Source of the DNA: Candidatus Berkelbacteria bacterium
GTDB lineage: Bacteria > Patescibacteriota > UBA1384 > 2-12-FULL-50-11
DNA length: 64,000 bases
Assembly: GCA_016432625.1 (NCBI GenBank)
Contig: CP066697.1
Coordinates: forward strand, 279,363-343,362
Reading direction: 5' to 3'
Made by a program: the position numbers and the translations under genes. Within the stretch, counting starts at the first letter, position 1, and each line of letters opens with the position of its first letter. The notes below the pieces were generated by a model. It searched no databases, was not told the DNA's origin, and was given only the letters and a program-made list of their open reading frames with translations. This document shows positions 52,474 through 63,914 of the stretch, in pieces.

Positions 52474-55400
52474 ATGGCCGAACTTAAGTTAAACACCCGA
52501 ACCGAAAAAGCCGAGTTCAACCTCATGAACTTCGAGGGGCTGCGCATTCGCGTAGCTTCCACGACAGATGTTGAGCGTTGGAGCTACGGCGAGGTCCTAA
52601 AACCAGAAACGATCAACTATCGTACCCAGAAACCTGAGCGTGACGGTCTTTTTGACGAGCGAATATTCGGCCCGACTAAAGACTGGGAATGTTACTGCGG
52701 CAAGTACAAACGGATTCGTTACAAAGGCGTAATTTGCGATAAATGTGGCGTTGAAGTCACTCGTGCTTCTGTTCGACGCGAACGCATGGGTCACATTGAC
52801 CTTGCCGTTCCGGTATCACACATCTGGTACGTCCGTGGTGCGCCGTATGTCATGAGCACTCTGCTCGACATCTCCGTCACCGACCTCGAAAAAGTTAACT
52901 ATTTTGCTGGATTTGTAATCGTTGACGTTAACGAAGAATTGAAAGCCGAAGCGTTCGAGCAGCTGGATGGCGAGTTCAAAGCCGGCAAGCAGTTACTTAA
53001 AGACGCGCCTGAGCGCCTCGAGCAGCTCGAAAACAACTATAAAACAACCAAAGCCGAACTAAACGCCCTCCAACCAAAAACCGTTATCGCCGAAGGTAAA
53101 TTCCATGAGCTTTCATACCGTTTCGGTAACCTTATTAAGGTTGGTACCGGCGCTGAAGCCTTACTCGACCTCTTGAAGAAAGTTGATCTCGATGAAGAAA
53201 TCGCTGAGATCAGGGCTCTCGCCAAGGGTGCCTTACCAAACGCCTATCGTCGTTTGATGAAGCGTCTACGCTTAGTCACCGACATGAAACTGGCTGGTAT
53301 TAAGGCCGAAGATCTCATAATCGCTAAATTGCCGGTGCTGCCGCCTGATTTGAGACCAATGGTTCAGCTTGATGGTGGACGTTTCGCCTCTAGCGACTTA
53401 AACGATCTATATCGCCGCGTTATCAACCGCAACAACCGTCTAAAGCGGCTTATGAACCAAGGTGCGCCAGATGTTATTGTCCGCAACGAAAAACGCATGC
53501 TCCAAGAAGCTGTTGACGCCCTCATTGATAACTCTGCCCGCAAAAGCCAAACGACTACCGGCATCGGCCGGCAGCCAAGATCTCTATCTGATATGTTGCG
53601 CGGTAAACAGGGTCGTTTTCGCCAGAACTTACTGGGTAAGCGCGTTGACTACTCTGGCCGTTCAGTTATCGTCGTCGGCCCAAACTTGAAACTTGACCAA
53701 TGTGGTCTGCCAAAGGTTATGGCACTTGAATTATTCAAGCCGTTTGTCATCTCACGCCTAATTGCTGACGGCTATGTTCACAACGTCAAGAACGCCGCCC
53801 GCTTAATTGAGCGTGGCACGCCTGAAGTTTGGGAAATATTGGAACAAATTACTAAACAGGCCGTCGTTATGCTTAACCGCGCCCCGACGCTGCACCGTCT
53901 AGGTATCCAAGCTTTCCGACCGCTGCTAATCGAAGGTAAAGCAATCCAGCTACACCCGCTTGTTTGTGCTGCCTACAACGCCGACTTCGACGGTGACCAA
54001 ATGGCCGTACACGTACCACTCTCGGTTCAGGCACGTTTCGAAGCGGAAAGTTTAATGCTGTCAACGAACAACCTGCTTAAGCCGGCTTCTGGTGAGACAC
54101 TCGTCGCACCACGTCTCGATATAGTTTTTGGCATCTATTACCTTACCAACTCAGCCAAAGGCGTCAAAGGCGAAGGAAAAGTGTTTGGCTCGATCAGTGA
54201 TGTGCAGATGGCTCACACGCGTGGTGAAATTCACCCGCACGCCGCCATCCAGTTACGTCACGGTGAAGAGCGGATCGAAACCACCGCCGGCCGCGCAATC
54301 TTTAACTCAGTGATGCCAGAGGGCTACATCTTCGTTAACGACGTCTTGGACGCTAAAAAGCTCAAGAAAATCATCCGCGACATCTACAAGAAATTCGGCA
54401 AAGAAGCGACGGCTAAACTCGCCGACGACTTGATGGCACTCGGCTTCAGATTTGCTGAACGCTCTGGTATGACCATGGCAATTTCTGACATCCAAGTCCC
54501 TGAAATCAAGAACGAATATCTAAAACAGGGCGAAGAGGCAGTCGAGGAAATCACCAAACGCTACCGCCGCGGTCTCTTAAACGAGGATGAACGACGCAAA
54601 CTAACAATTGAGGAGTGGACCAAAGTTCGTGGCAAAATCGAGAAGGCAGTTTTCGATCAATTTGATCGCAACAGTCCCGTTTGGACGATGGTTGACTCCG
54701 GTGCTCGTGGCTCAAAGAACTCCCTTACTCAGCTCTCAGGTATGAAGGGCTTGGTGGTTAACCCGGGTGGTGAGATTATCGATATTCCAATCCGCTCTAA
54801 CTACAAAGAAGGTCTATCAGTACTTGAATACTTCATCTCCACTCACGGTTCCAGAAAGGGTAAGTCAGACACCTCGCTCAAGACTGCTGACGCAGGCTAT
54901 CTAACCCGTCGGTTAGTCGACGTTGCCCAAGACCTAGTCGTAACGACTGAAGACTGTGGTGTTAAAGAAGGTGTCTTAGTCTCGGAAAACGAAAGCGAGC
55001 AATTCGGCCAGTCATACGCTGATCGTCTACTTGGCCGCGTTCTGATTGAACCGATCAAAGACAAGAGCGGCAAGGTTCTACTCAAGACTGGCGAAGAGAT
55101 CACTGAGGACAACATCAAACACATTCTTGATAACGACATCAAACAGCTCACTGTTCGTTCAGTTCTCTACTGTAAGTCAGGCTGGGGTGTCTGCCAGAAC
55201 TGTTACGGTCGCGACCTAGCGACTGGCCGTAAAGTGGAGCTAGGCACCGCTGTTGGTATCATGGCCGCTCAAGCAATTGGTGAGCCAGGTACGCAGCTGA
55301 CGATGAAAACCTTCCACTCCGGTGGTGTGGCTCATGGCGGCGACGTCACGAGCGGTCTACCGCGCGTTGAGGAAATTTTCGAAGCCCGCCCACCACATAA

Positions 55401-56289
55401 TCCGGCTATTGTCAGCGAAGTCGCCGGTAAAATCTCAATCTACGAAGAGAAAGATCACCAGTACGTTGAGGTTATTAGCGAAGAAATTCCTGAGGAAGAG
55501 TACGAACTTGAAGAAGGTTACGAGGCAGTCGTTAAGAGCGGTGATGTTGTTAAGCCAAAACAGGCCATCGCAACTGCTCCCGACAAAAAGGCTGTCCGCG
55601 CCGCTATCGGCGGTAAGATTCGCCTTGAAAAAGGAAAAGTCTTCATCAAGTCGGCTGAGCCGCTTAAGGTCAACTACCAAGTACCTGCTGATTCAACCCT
55701 TCGGGTTAAAAGCGGCGAGTCAGTTGAGCGCGGCGACATGCTAACTGAAGGTCACCTAGATCTCACTATGGCACTCGAATTACGCGGTTTGCGCGACACC
55801 CAGAAATACATTATCCGCGAAGTTCAAAACATCTACGCCGGTCACGGTGCAGAGGTTAACGAAAAGCATATCGAGATTATTGCTCGAGCCATGCTGGCAA
55901 AGATCCGAGTTGTTGAAGGTGGCGAGTCCACCTTACTAACCGGTGGAATTGTCGACCGCTTGGTTGCCGAGCGCATCAACGACCGCCTGAAGAAAGATCA
56001 TAAGCAGCCCGTCCAATACGAGCAGATTGTTCTTGGTATTACCCGAGCTTCGCTCAACACCAATAGCTTCCTATCGGCGGCTTCCTTCCAGGAAACCACC
56101 AGCGTTCTTATCAAGGCGGCAATTCGTGGCGCTGTTGACCCACTCAAAGGACTTAAAGAGAACGTTATTATCGGTAAACTGATCCCCGCCGGTACTGGAT
56201 ATAACGCCGAACCGATCATTGAAGAAGTGGCCGCGCCCGAGCGTCCCGAAGCTAAGCCGCGGGTTGAATCGAAGGCTGAAACCGAGTAA
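52474..56289 (+). CDS. rpoC: DNA-directed RNA polymerase subunit beta'
   Basis: 1271 aa. NADFDGD catalytic motif and Cys4 zinc finger (CYCGKY...CDKCG). Confidence 0.95.
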   Translation: MAELKLNTRTEKAEFNLMNFEGLRIRVASTTDVERWSYGEVLKPETINYRTQKPERDGLFDERIFGPTKDWECYCGKYKRIRYKGVICDKCGVEVTRASVRRERMGHIDLAVPVSHIWYVRGAPYVMSTLLDISVTDLEKVNYFAGFVIVDVNEELKAEAFEQLDGEFKAGKQLLKDAPERLEQLENNYKTTKAELNALQPKTVIAEGKFHELSYRFGNLIKVGTGAEALLDLLKKVDLDEEIAEIRALAKGALPNAYRRLMKRLRLVTDMKLAGIKAEDLIIAKLPVLPPDLRPMVQLDGGRFASSDLNDLYRRVINRNNRLKRLMNQGAPDVIVRNEKRMLQEAVDALIDNSARKSQTTTGIGRQPRSLSDMLRGKQGRFRQNLLGKRVDYSGRSVIVVGPNLKLDQCGLPKVMALELFKPFVISRLIADGYVHNVKNAARLIERGTPEVWEILEQITKQAVVMLNRAPTLHRLGIQAFRPLLIEGKAIQLHPLVCAAYNADFDGDQMAVHVPLSVQARFEAESLMLSTNNLLKPASGETLVAPRLDIVFGIYYLTNSAKGVKGEGKVFGSISDVQMAHTRGEIHPHAAIQLRHGEERIETTAGRAIFNSVMPEGYIFVNDVLDAKKLKKIIRDIYKKFGKEATAKLADDLMALGFRFAERSGMTMAISDIQVPEIKNEYLKQGEEAVEEITKRYRRGLLNEDERRKLTIEEWTKVRGKIEKAVFDQFDRNSPVWTMVDSGARGSKNSLTQLSGMKGLVVNPGGEIIDIPIRSNYKEGLSVLEYFISTHGSRKGKSDTSLKTADAGYLTRRLVDVAQDLVVTTEDCGVKEGVLVSENESEQFGQSYADRLLGRVLIEPIKDKSGKVLLKTGEEITEDNIKHILDNDIKQLTVRSVLYCKSGWGVCQNCYGRDLATGRKVELGTAVGIMAAQAIGEPGTQLTMKTFHSGGVAHGGDVTSGLPRVEEIFEARPPHNPAIVSEVAGKISIYEEKDHQYVEVISEEIPEEEYELEEGYEAVVKSGDVVKPKQAIATAPDKKAVRAAIGGKIRLEKGKVFIKSAEPLKVNYQVPADSTLRVKSGESVERGDMLTEGHLDLTMALELRGLRDTQKYIIREVQNIYAGHGAEVNEKHIEIIARAMLAKIRVVEGGESTLLTGGIVDRLVAERINDRLKKDHKQPVQYEQIVLGITRASLNTNSFLSAASFQETTSVLIKAAIRGAVDPLKGLKENVIIGKLIPAGTGYNAEPIIEEVAAPERPEAKPRVESKAETE

Positions 56290-56300
56290 ACTGACTTGTA

Positions 56301-56717
56301 ATGCCGACGATTAACCAATTAATTAGGAAAAGCCGAAAAAGCGTGGCCAGCAAGTCCAAATCGCCAGCGCTTCACCGTGGCTTTAACTCTTTGAAGAACC
56401 GACCCGTTCAGTTTCCCAAGGGTCGGCCGCTCATCCGTGGGGTCTGCACAAAAGTCACCACCATGACGCCAAAGAAACCTAACTCTGCTCTGCGTAAAAT
56501 CGCCCGTGTCCGCTTAACTAGCGGCCAGGAAGTCACCGCTTATATTCCGGGCATTAAACACAACTTGCAGGAGCACTCGTTGGTTCTCGTCCGCGGCGGC
56601 CGCGTTAAAGATTTACCAGGTGTGAAGTATCACATTGTCCGTGGCGTCTTGAACGCTGACGGCGTTGAAAATAGAAAACAGGGTCGCTCTAAGTACGGAG
56701 CCAAGAAGGCGAAGTAA
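56301..56717 (+). CDS. rpsL: 30S ribosomal protein S12
   Basis: [11 protein letters not shown]-terminus and [10 protein letters not shown] motif. Confidence 0.95.
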   Translation: MPTINQLIRKSRKSVASKSKSPALHRGFNSLKNRPVQFPKGRPLIRGVCTKVTTMTPKKPNSALRKIARVRLTSGQEVTAYIPGIKHNLQEHSLVLVRGGRVKDLPGVKYHIVRGVLNADGVENRKQGRSKYGAKKAK

Positions 56718-57190
56718 TGAGAGGACGACGCAACATCAAACGCCCGGCTGTACTGCTTGATTCAAAGTACGCCGATCCACTAGTTACTAAGTTCATCAAC
56801 CGCGTCATGGAACGCGGTAAAAAAGATACCGCGGAACGCTTGGTTTACGCAGCTCTTGAGCGCCTTGCTAAGGAAAACAACAAAGAAGTCCCGGCCTTAT
56901 TCGCCGAGATCATTGAAAAGGCAGCGCCGATCCTTGAGGTTCGCTCTCGCCGTGTTGGCGGAGCAAATTACCAGGTCCCGGTAGAAGTCCGTCCAAGCCG
57001 CAAAGTCATTTTGGTTTTGCGCTGGATCGTCACCACTGCCCGAAGTCGCAAAGGCGTGCCGATGTCGGTCGCGCTCTACAACGAGATGAAAGATGTCCTC
57101 GGCGGCACTGGTTCAGTCATGAAAACCCGCGAAGACATGCACAAAATGGCCGAGGCCAACCGCGCCTTTGCCCACTTTGCTAGATACTAA
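56717..57190 (+). CDS. rpsG: 30S ribosomal protein S7
   Basis: Typical S7 sequence. Overlaps the rpsL stop. Confidence 0.9.
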   Translation: MRGRRNIKRPAVLLDSKYADPLVTKFINRVMERGKKDTAERLVYAALERLAKENNKEVPALFAEIIEKAAPILEVRSRRVGGANYQVPVEVRPSRKVILVLRWIVTTARSRKGVPMSVALYNEMKDVLGGTGSVMKTREDMHKMAEANRAFAHFARY

Positions 57191-57203
57191 TTCTGGGGCA
57201 ACT

Positions 57204-59291
57204 ATGGCACGTGAATATCCGTTAGAGAGTGTCCGTAACTTTGGCATAATTGCTCACATCGACGCTGGTAAAACCACCGTTTCGGAACGCATCCTGTTCT
57301 TCACCGGTAAAACTTACAAGATTGGTGAAGTACACGAGGGTGCGGCCGTCATGGACTGGATGGAGCAGGAACAAGAGCGTGGTATTACTATCACCGCCGC
57401 CGCTACCACCACTTTTTGGAAAGATCACACGTTCAACATCATCGACACCCCGGGACACATCGACTTTACCGTTGAAGTTCAGCGCTCTCTGCGCGTGCTT
57501 GACGGGGCGGTGACCGTTTTTGATGGTGTGGCCGGTGTTGAGGCGCAAAGTGAAACTGTTTGGCGACAAGCCGACAAGTATAAAGTACCGCGAATCTGTT
57601 TCGTCAATAAACTCGATCGTATCGGGGCGGATTTCAAGCACGTTATTAAAACCATTCACGATCGTCTCGGCGCCAAGACAGCGATTCTCCAACTGCCAAT
57701 CGGCACCGAGGATCAGTTAAAGGGTGTTGTCGATTTACTCGAGAACAAAGCCCTGGTTTGGCCAAAAGAAGAAGCCACCGAACCCACGATCGAAGACGTT
57801 CCGGCCGATATGAAAGCCGAAGTCGAAGAGTATCGCAGTAAACTAATCGAACAAATCGCCGAAACTGACGAAGCCCTGCTGGAAAAGTTTTTTGCCGGTG
57901 AAGAGCTCGCTATTGATGAGTTGAAAAAAGCGCTTCGTAAAGCGGTCATCAATGTCGAACTCTTTCCCGTCATGGCTGGTTCTGCCCTCAAAAACAAAGG
58001 CGTTCAGCCGTTGCTAGACGCAGTTGTTGATTATCTTCCGTCGCCGCTTGATGTTCCGCCGGTTGAGGGAATTAACCCGAAAAACGAAGAAGAAAAAATT
58101 GTCCGCGAAACTTCTGACGACGTACCATTTACAGCCCTTGCCTTTAAAGTCGCAACCGATCCTTTTGTTGGCTCGTTAACGTTCTTCCGCGTCTACGCCG
58201 GAAAACTTGCTGCTGGCTCGTATGTTTTAAACCCTGGAAAAGGCGAGAAAGAACGTATCGGTCGCATCGTCCGCTTGCACGCCAATAGCCGCGAGGACGT
58301 CAAAGAAGTCTACGCTGGTGAAATTGCCGCTGCTGTGGGATTAAAAGCCACTACTACTGGCGACACTCTCTGCGCCGAAAATGCGCCGATCGTGCTGGAA
58401 CAGATCAGTTTCCCAGAGCCGGTCATCAAAATGTCAATCGAGCCGAAAACCAAAGCCGACCAAGAAAAAATGGGCGCTGCCCTGCAACGTCTCGCCGCCG
58501 AAGACCCAACTCTACGTTTATCTAAAGACGAAACTGGCTCACAAACGCTGATCGAAGGCATGGGCGAGCTTCACCTCGACATTATCGTCGACCGCATGAA
58601 GCGCGAGTTCAACGTTGAAGCCATTAAAGGCGCGCCGCAGGTTGCTTACAAAGAAACGATCAAAAGCACCGTCAAACAAGAAGGCAAATACATCAAACAA
58701 ACCGGTGGCCGCGGCCAGTACGGTCACGTTTGGCTGCAAATCGAGCCGCAAGAATCAGGAACCGGCTTTGAATTCGTCAACAAGATTGTCGGCGGCACCA
58801 TTCCTCGCGAATTCATTCCTTCAGTTGAAAAGGGTATCAAAGACGCCCTGACCAAGGGTGTAGTTGCCGGCTATCCAATGGTTGATATTAAAGCCACGCT
58901 TTACGATGGTTCGTACCACGACGTCGACTCTAGTGACGTTGCCTTCCAGATTGCCGGCGCCATGGCCTTCAAAGATGGTTGTAAAAAAGCTAACCCGATT
59001 CTCCTTGAACCGATAATGAAGGTTGAAGTCGTCACGCCGGAAGAGTTCTTCGGTAACGCGATGGGCGACTTAAACAGTCGTCGTGGCCGAGTAATGGGTA
59101 CCGAAGATCGCGGCAACTCCAAAGTTATCGACTCGCACGTCCCGCTTGCTGAAATGTTTGGCTACATCACTGATCTTCGCGGTATGAGCCAAGGACGAGC
59201 TTCGTTCACCATGGAATTTGACCATTACGAAGAGGCGCCGAGCAATATCACCGCTGGCATCGTTGGGAAAAGTGCCAAGGCAGAGGCGTAA
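57204..59291 (+). CDS. fusA: elongation factor G
   Basis: [17 protein letters not shown] and NKLD motifs. ATG at 57204. Confidence 0.95.
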   Translation: MAREYPLESVRNFGIIAHIDAGKTTVSERILFFTGKTYKIGEVHEGAAVMDWMEQEQERGITITAAATTTFWKDHTFNIIDTPGHIDFTVEVQRSLRVLDGAVTVFDGVAGVEAQSETVWRQADKYKVPRICFVNKLDRIGADFKHVIKTIHDRLGAKTAILQLPIGTEDQLKGVVDLLENKALVWPKEEATEPTIEDVPADMKAEVEEYRSKLIEQIAETDEALLEKFFAGEELAIDELKKALRKAVINVELFPVMAGSALKNKGVQPLLDAVVDYLPSPLDVPPVEGINPKNEEEKIVRETSDDVPFTALAFKVATDPFVGSLTFFRVYAGKLAAGSYVLNPGKGEKERIGRIVRLHANSREDVKEVYAGEIAAAVGLKATTTGDTLCAENAPIVLEQISFPEPVIKMSIEPKTKADQEKMGAALQRLAAEDPTLRLSKDETGSQTLIEGMGELHLDIIVDRMKREFNVEAIKGAPQVAYKETIKSTVKQEGKYIKQTGGRGQYGHVWLQIEPQESGTGFEFVNKIVGGTIPREFIPSVEKGIKDALTKGVVAGYPMVDIKATLYDGSYHDVDSSDVAFQIAGAMAFKDGCKKANPILLEPIMKVEVVTPEEFFGNAMGDLNSRRGRVMGTEDRGNSKVIDSHVPLAEMFGYITDLRGMSQGRASFTMEFDHYEEAPSNITAGIVGKSAKAEA

Positions 59292-59312
59292 AATATTTTG
59301 AATCAAAAGCAG

Positions 59313-59337
59313 AGAAGCGCCGATGCGGTGCTTTTTT
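59313..59337 (+). terminator. intrinsic terminator after fusA
   Basis: gcgccgatgcggtgc hairpin followed by tttttt. Confidence 0.6.
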
Positions 59338-59342
59338 GTTTC

Positions 59343-59412
59343 GCAGGAGGTAGGGGAATTCATTGCGACGTCATCCCCCTACCTCCTGCACCTCCACCCC
59401 CGACACGCTCGC
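59343..59412 (+). repeat. R repeat copy C (hairpin 59343-59389 plus ccccgacacgctcgct box)
   Basis: Loop attcattgcgacgtca and box are shared with copies A and B. Confidence 0.75.
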
Positions 59413-59424
59413 TCATGGCTGAAG

Positions 59425-59475
59425 GCAAAAAGCGACTTCATAACCTGCCTAGGGGTTAGATTCAGCCGCTTTTTA
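59425..59475 (-). repeat. S stem-loop copy C (reverse orientation)
   Basis: Its reverse complement reads aaaaagcggctg-aatctaacccctaggcaggttat-gaagtcgcttttt. Confidence 0.5.
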
Positions 59476-59515
59476 ACTATTTAATAAAATACATACAAAA
59501 TACGGGGCGAAGGCG

Positions 59516-59544
59516 TTGACTTTGAGGTGGGTTTAGGGTATTAT
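59516..59544 (+). promoter_or_regulatory. strong sigma70-like promoter (TTGACT, 17-nt spacer, TATTAT) with no ORF downstream
   Basis: The consensus-like boxes are followed about 110 nt later by a hairpin/T-run terminator (59656-59690). Confidence 0.5.
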
Positions 59545-59551
59545 TCGCCAG

Positions 59552-59690
59552 CGTTCGACGGCTTCCTTTGGAAGCAAACTTCCGGCTGTGGCCAGGTTGT
59601 GCAAACAACCGACCTAAACCACGTAAGCCCCAATTCAAGAATCGTCGAACGAAACCGGCTCCCGCCACCATACGGGAGCCGTTTCATATT
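59552..59690 (+). ncRNA. candidate small RNA (promoter-to-terminator unit of about 130 nt) convergent with the 67-aa hydrophobic-protein gene
   Basis: Defined only by the promoter at 59516-59544 and the terminator cggctcccgccaccatacgggagccg + tttcatatt. No credible ORF. Confidence 0.3.
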
Positions 59691-59734
59691 ATGTATGAGT
59701 TGGGCCCGGGAAGTTCATCCCGGGCCCTTTCTGG

Positions 59735-59938
59735 CTACCGCTGTGGAGGCAAAGGGCCTCCGCCGAGTGTCTCGCCCATGCCTAACGCAAAGGCGATAAA
59801 CATGGGAGAAAGTGCGATGCCGATGCCGGCATACATCACCTGTTCCTGGTGAAACAAGGCAGCGATGCCGGTAATGATCAGTCCGAAGACTGTTCCAGAT
59901 GCGTATGGGTGCCTTCGCACAAAAGAAACGAACCTCAT
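59735..59938 (-). CDS. small hydrophobic protein (67 aa, 2 TM), candidate type I toxin-like
   Basis: GGAGGT RBS 6 nt from the ATG. Extended -10 (TGgTATACT) upstream. Two tandem hairpins downstream on the minus strand. Confidence 0.5.
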   Translation of the reverse strand: MRFVSFVRRHPYASGTVFGLIITGIAALFHQEQVMYAGIGIALSPMFIAFALGMGETLGGGPLPPQR

Positions 59939-60069
59939 CCGGTTACCTCCTACCGATGTTTCGCAGAGTATACCAGTTAACCCCCACCTAATCCATATAA
60001 AACCCGTCGAAAAGTAAATCGAAAATTACCAAGCCATGGAACAGCGCGGTAATTTTCTCCTCAACCGCG

Positions 60070-60220
60070 TAGCGAGCGTGTCGGGGTGAGACCGCCAGTG
60101 AGAAGCCAACTGCTTGGCTTTGAACCGGTCGAACGGGTTGAGGCCTATTCGTAGAATGCCGAAACCCCGCTTCATTTGTTGGTAGGGGCTGACTTCGCAA
60201 TGAATTCCTCTACCTCCTGC
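60070..60220 (-). repeat. R repeat copy D (box tagcgagcgtgtcgggg, about 95-nt spacer, hairpin with loop ttcgcaatgaatt)
   Basis: Reverse-complement orientation relative to copy C. Forms the right inverted repeat of the insertion. Confidence 0.7.
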
Positions 60221-60371
60221 AAAACAAAAAGCGGCCTTTGGCCGCTCGCTGCTTTTGATTCAAAATGTTTTAAGCTCCGGCTAGCGAGGGCGAATTGCTC
60301 ACGCTAGTCTGGATTTTTTAACAAAAGATATATATAATTCCGACTAATCTTCGGATTACAGGAGGAACCCC

Positions 60372-60851
60372 TTGGAAGAGAACGTTAAAGATGATCGGAG
60401 AATCTGGGCGCTGATTCGAGAAATCGATGAGGTTAAGAAGCGCTCCTTGCTTCCACCCGGACAGCAGGAAATGAGTAAGGCCAGACGATGCAAATTAGCT
60501 CGTCGGCTTATGTACCTTCTTGATGATGCGAAAGGCGTGATGACGGAAAGCGAATTATTCAGCCACCTAGGCACTACGGCTGAAGAGTATCACACGCAGT
60601 GTTCGCCAAAGTACGGTGATGCGACGATCGTCGAATTCGTCAGGTCTCGAGACGCCAAACTCGATAACCTACGCGAAAGGTGTTTAGACACACTTGATCC
60701 GAACAGGGTCAAGATCGGCACATCAAGGTCGAGTGGACGAGCGATTAGTTTCCTGAGCAATGCCGAGCAGGGCGCAGGAGCTGAACTCTCAATTGACAGG
60801 TGCATCTCGCTTCTCGAGGAGTTACGCAAAATCCAAGACGAGGCGAAATGA
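60372..60851 (+). CDS. hypothetical protein (159 aa, TTG start)
   Basis: CAGGAGGA RBS 5 nt before the TTG. GC-rich. No domain recognised. Confidence 0.45.
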   Translation: MEENVKDDRRIWALIREIDEVKKRSLLPPGQQEMSKARRCKLARRLMYLLDDAKGVMTESELFSHLGTTAEEYHTQCSPKYGDATIVEFVRSRDAKLDNLRERCLDTLDPNRVKIGTSRSSGRAISFLSNAEQGAGAELSIDRCISLLEELRKIQDEAK

Positions 60852-60994
60852 AGACGATACGAAGGCCGAGGCGCGCAAGCGCTGAGGCCTTTTTCTTTAC
60901 TTATCACCCAAAAACCACGAGCCATGCTCCGTGAAACAGGATCAGCGAGCGGTTTTCACCTCGCCCCTGCGGGTGGCGTGCTTGGGTGGGGAGT

Positions 60995-61042
60995 GCAGAG
61001 GGGTAGGGCAGCGCTTCGCAAGTAGCACCCCTACCCCTCTGC
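60995..61042. repeat. R-like hairpin copy E (diverged), followed by a T-run
   Basis: gcagaggggtaggg / loop cagcgcttcgcaagtagca / cccctacccctctgc. The loop shares cttcgcaa with other R loops. An upstream agcgagcg box lies at about 60953. Confidence 0.55.
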
Positions 61043-61102
61043 TTGAGTTTTCGCTGCTACAATTAGGAAAGACGTCAGCACCCTGTCTTAACGAAAGGAG
61101 CC

Positions 61103-61132
61103 TTGACGCTCCTTCTGATAACCAGGTACAAT
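61103..61132 (+). promoter_or_regulatory. sigma70-like promoter for tuf
   Basis: TTGACG, an 18-nt spacer, then TACAAT, about 65 nt before the tuf ATG. Confidence 0.5.
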
Positions 61133-61198
61133 AGCGAAGCTAGACACAATATGCAAACTAGTTAAATAATTATTAGGTTAAAGGAGAAGTTTAAATAA

Positions 61199-62380
<1,182 letters not shown>

Positions 62381-62402
62381 TCATCAATTTGTACCTTAGA
62401 AA

Positions 62403-62747
62403 ATGAGTGAATCAAAACACAAAAACGAAAAGCGCACACAAGCTAAGTCCTCGATCCGCATTAAGCTCAAAGCTTACGATTACCGGGTCATCGACCGTAG
62501 CGCTAAGAAGATAATTGAAACTGCTGAACGGACCGGGGCGGTGGTTGCTGGACCTATCCCGCTGCCAACGGAAAAGAACCTCGTCACGGTCAACCGTTCA
62601 ACGTTCGTCCACAAAGACGCGCGTGAGCAGTTCGAGATCCGCACCCACAAACGCATCATCGACGTCTTGGACCCAAATCCAAAGACTTTAGATGCCTTGA
62701 TGAATCTGGACTTGCCAGCGGGTGTAGACATAGAGATTAAGACTTAA
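62403..62747 (+). CDS. rpsJ: 30S ribosomal protein S10 (with short basic N-terminal extension)
   Basis: IRIKLKAYD...LPTEK...THKRIIDV S10 signature. Confidence 0.9.
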   Translation: MSESKHKNEKRTQAKSSIRIKLKAYDYRVIDRSAKKIIETAERTGAVVAGPIPLPTEKNLVTVNRSTFVHKDAREQFEIRTHKRIIDVLDPNPKTLDALMNLDLPAGVDIEIKT

Positions 62748-62773
62748 GTTGAACTAAAAAACCTAAGCGCAGA

Positions 62774-62804
62774 AAGCCCCAGGTGAAAGCCTGGGCTTTT
62801 TGTG
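62774..62804 (+). terminator. intrinsic terminator after rpsJ
   Basis: gccccagg-tgaa-agcctggggc followed by tttttgtg. Confidence 0.7.
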
Positions 62805-62817
62805 CTAAGTAAACAAC

Positions 62818-63513
62818 ATGGATCCCAATAGTGATGAGTATAAGAATTTTCTAGCCTTCAAGGAAGATAGGCTCGGGACAGCAAAACTGCGAGATGAGGT
62901 TGTTGATAAGTTTGTTGGACATATCACAGATAATCTTAAGCAGCGACGTGAGCTACTGAAGCATATAACAATTATCTCCGCAGGTATTGTTGCGGTTTTG
63001 CCTGTGATACAAAACGGAAGCGATAATAGTAACTTGTTTTTCTGGGGAATATTCTTACTGCTAGTCACGGTGGTGCTAACGGTTAGTTATTTGCGAGAGA
63101 AGATGGACCTTGAAGGACAATCTCTGCAAGACAATTCGGAGAAGTATCTGACTATACTCAAGACAAAGCTTGCCCTACTTGATCGGTACATCGGTGAGCG
63201 GAAATTCTCTAATAACAATGTTTCTGAGTATCTGGATGAGTTGGAGAATGAGCCAACTATTAGAGAGCTTGGACGAGAGGTAGGTAAACCCGCAGAAAAA
63301 GAACGTTTAGAATATTTCTCTGAGTTCGTTGTCTTTTTATTCGTAAGCGCACTTTTCCTTTTAGCTTCAGCACTTGTTCCGTTGTCCCTAAATCCCTACG
63401 AGTTTTTTTCAACAATTGTCGTGATATTCATCGTTTCCTTCACTGGGTTTGCTTCATTACTCTCTCGAGTAATCACCGACATCATCGACTACTTTTTGCA
63501 TAGGATCAGGTAA
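62818..63513 (+). CDS. hypothetical membrane protein (231 aa)
   Basis: Several hydrophobic helices. Lower GC than the backbone average. Confidence 0.5.
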   Translation: MDPNSDEYKNFLAFKEDRLGTAKLRDEVVDKFVGHITDNLKQRRELLKHITIISAGIVAVLPVIQNGSDNSNLFFWGIFLLLVTVVLTVSYLREKMDLEGQSLQDNSEKYLTILKTKLALLDRYIGERKFSNNNVSEYLDELENEPTIRELGREVGKPAEKERLEYFSEFVVFLFVSALFLLASALVPLSLNPYEFFSTIVVIFIVSFTGFASLLSRVITDIIDYFLHRIR

Positions 63514-63524
63514 CCCTCTTGCGA

Positions 63525-63914
63525 CTAGGCCCGTATAATCTTTTCCATTGGCCTACCCTTGGCCAGGTCGTCGATGAGTTTGTCTAGAATTCGAACTTCG
63601 CGGACTATTGGGTCGGTGATTTCTTCGATCCGTACGCCACAGATTGTGCCAGTAACTTTAGTGCGGTTGGGATTGGGTTTGGGAGCTTGGGAGAAAAACG
63701 CTTCGAAATCAGTTTCGCTATTGAGTACGGCTTCTAATTCTTTTTGAGAATAACCCGTCAGCCAGCGGATAATTTCATCAACTTCAGCTTTGGTGCGGCC
63801 CTTTTTCTCGGCCTTGGCAACATAAAACGGGTACACCCCCGCCACCTTCATTTTATATATTCGTTGTTTCGACTTCTCGGTATCCATAATTAGTTCCCTT
63901 ATTCTACCAAACAC
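63525..63914 (-). CDS. DUF2200-like protein (129 aa)
   Basis: [27 protein letters not shown] resembles the conserved N-terminus of the DUF2200 family. The start could be the internal Met. Confidence 0.45.
   Translation of the reverse strand: MFGRIRELIMDTEKSKQRIYKMKVAGVYPFYVAKAEKKGRTKAEVDEIIRWLTGYSQKELEAVLNSETDFEAFFSQAPKPNPNRTKVTGTICGVRIEEITDPIVREVRILDKLIDDLAKGRPMEKIIRA

Larger units (their letters stand above)
59292..60272. mobile_element. candidate ~1 kb inverted-repeat-bounded insertion (MITE-like; no transposase) between fusA and tuf
   Basis: Left end 59292-59412 and right end 60181-60272 are inverted repeats: attttgaatcaaaagcag + GC hairpin + T-run + gcaggaggtag(g/a)gg-aattcattgcga(c/a)gtca hairpin. 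Confidence 0.35.

Noticed and set aside
59527-59852. Plus-strand ORFs 59527..59799 and 59568..59852 from the ORF track
   Set aside because: They overlap the better-supported minus-strand 67-aa gene, which has an RBS, promoter and terminators. They lack RBSs and span a promoter/terminator pair that looks like an sRNA unit.
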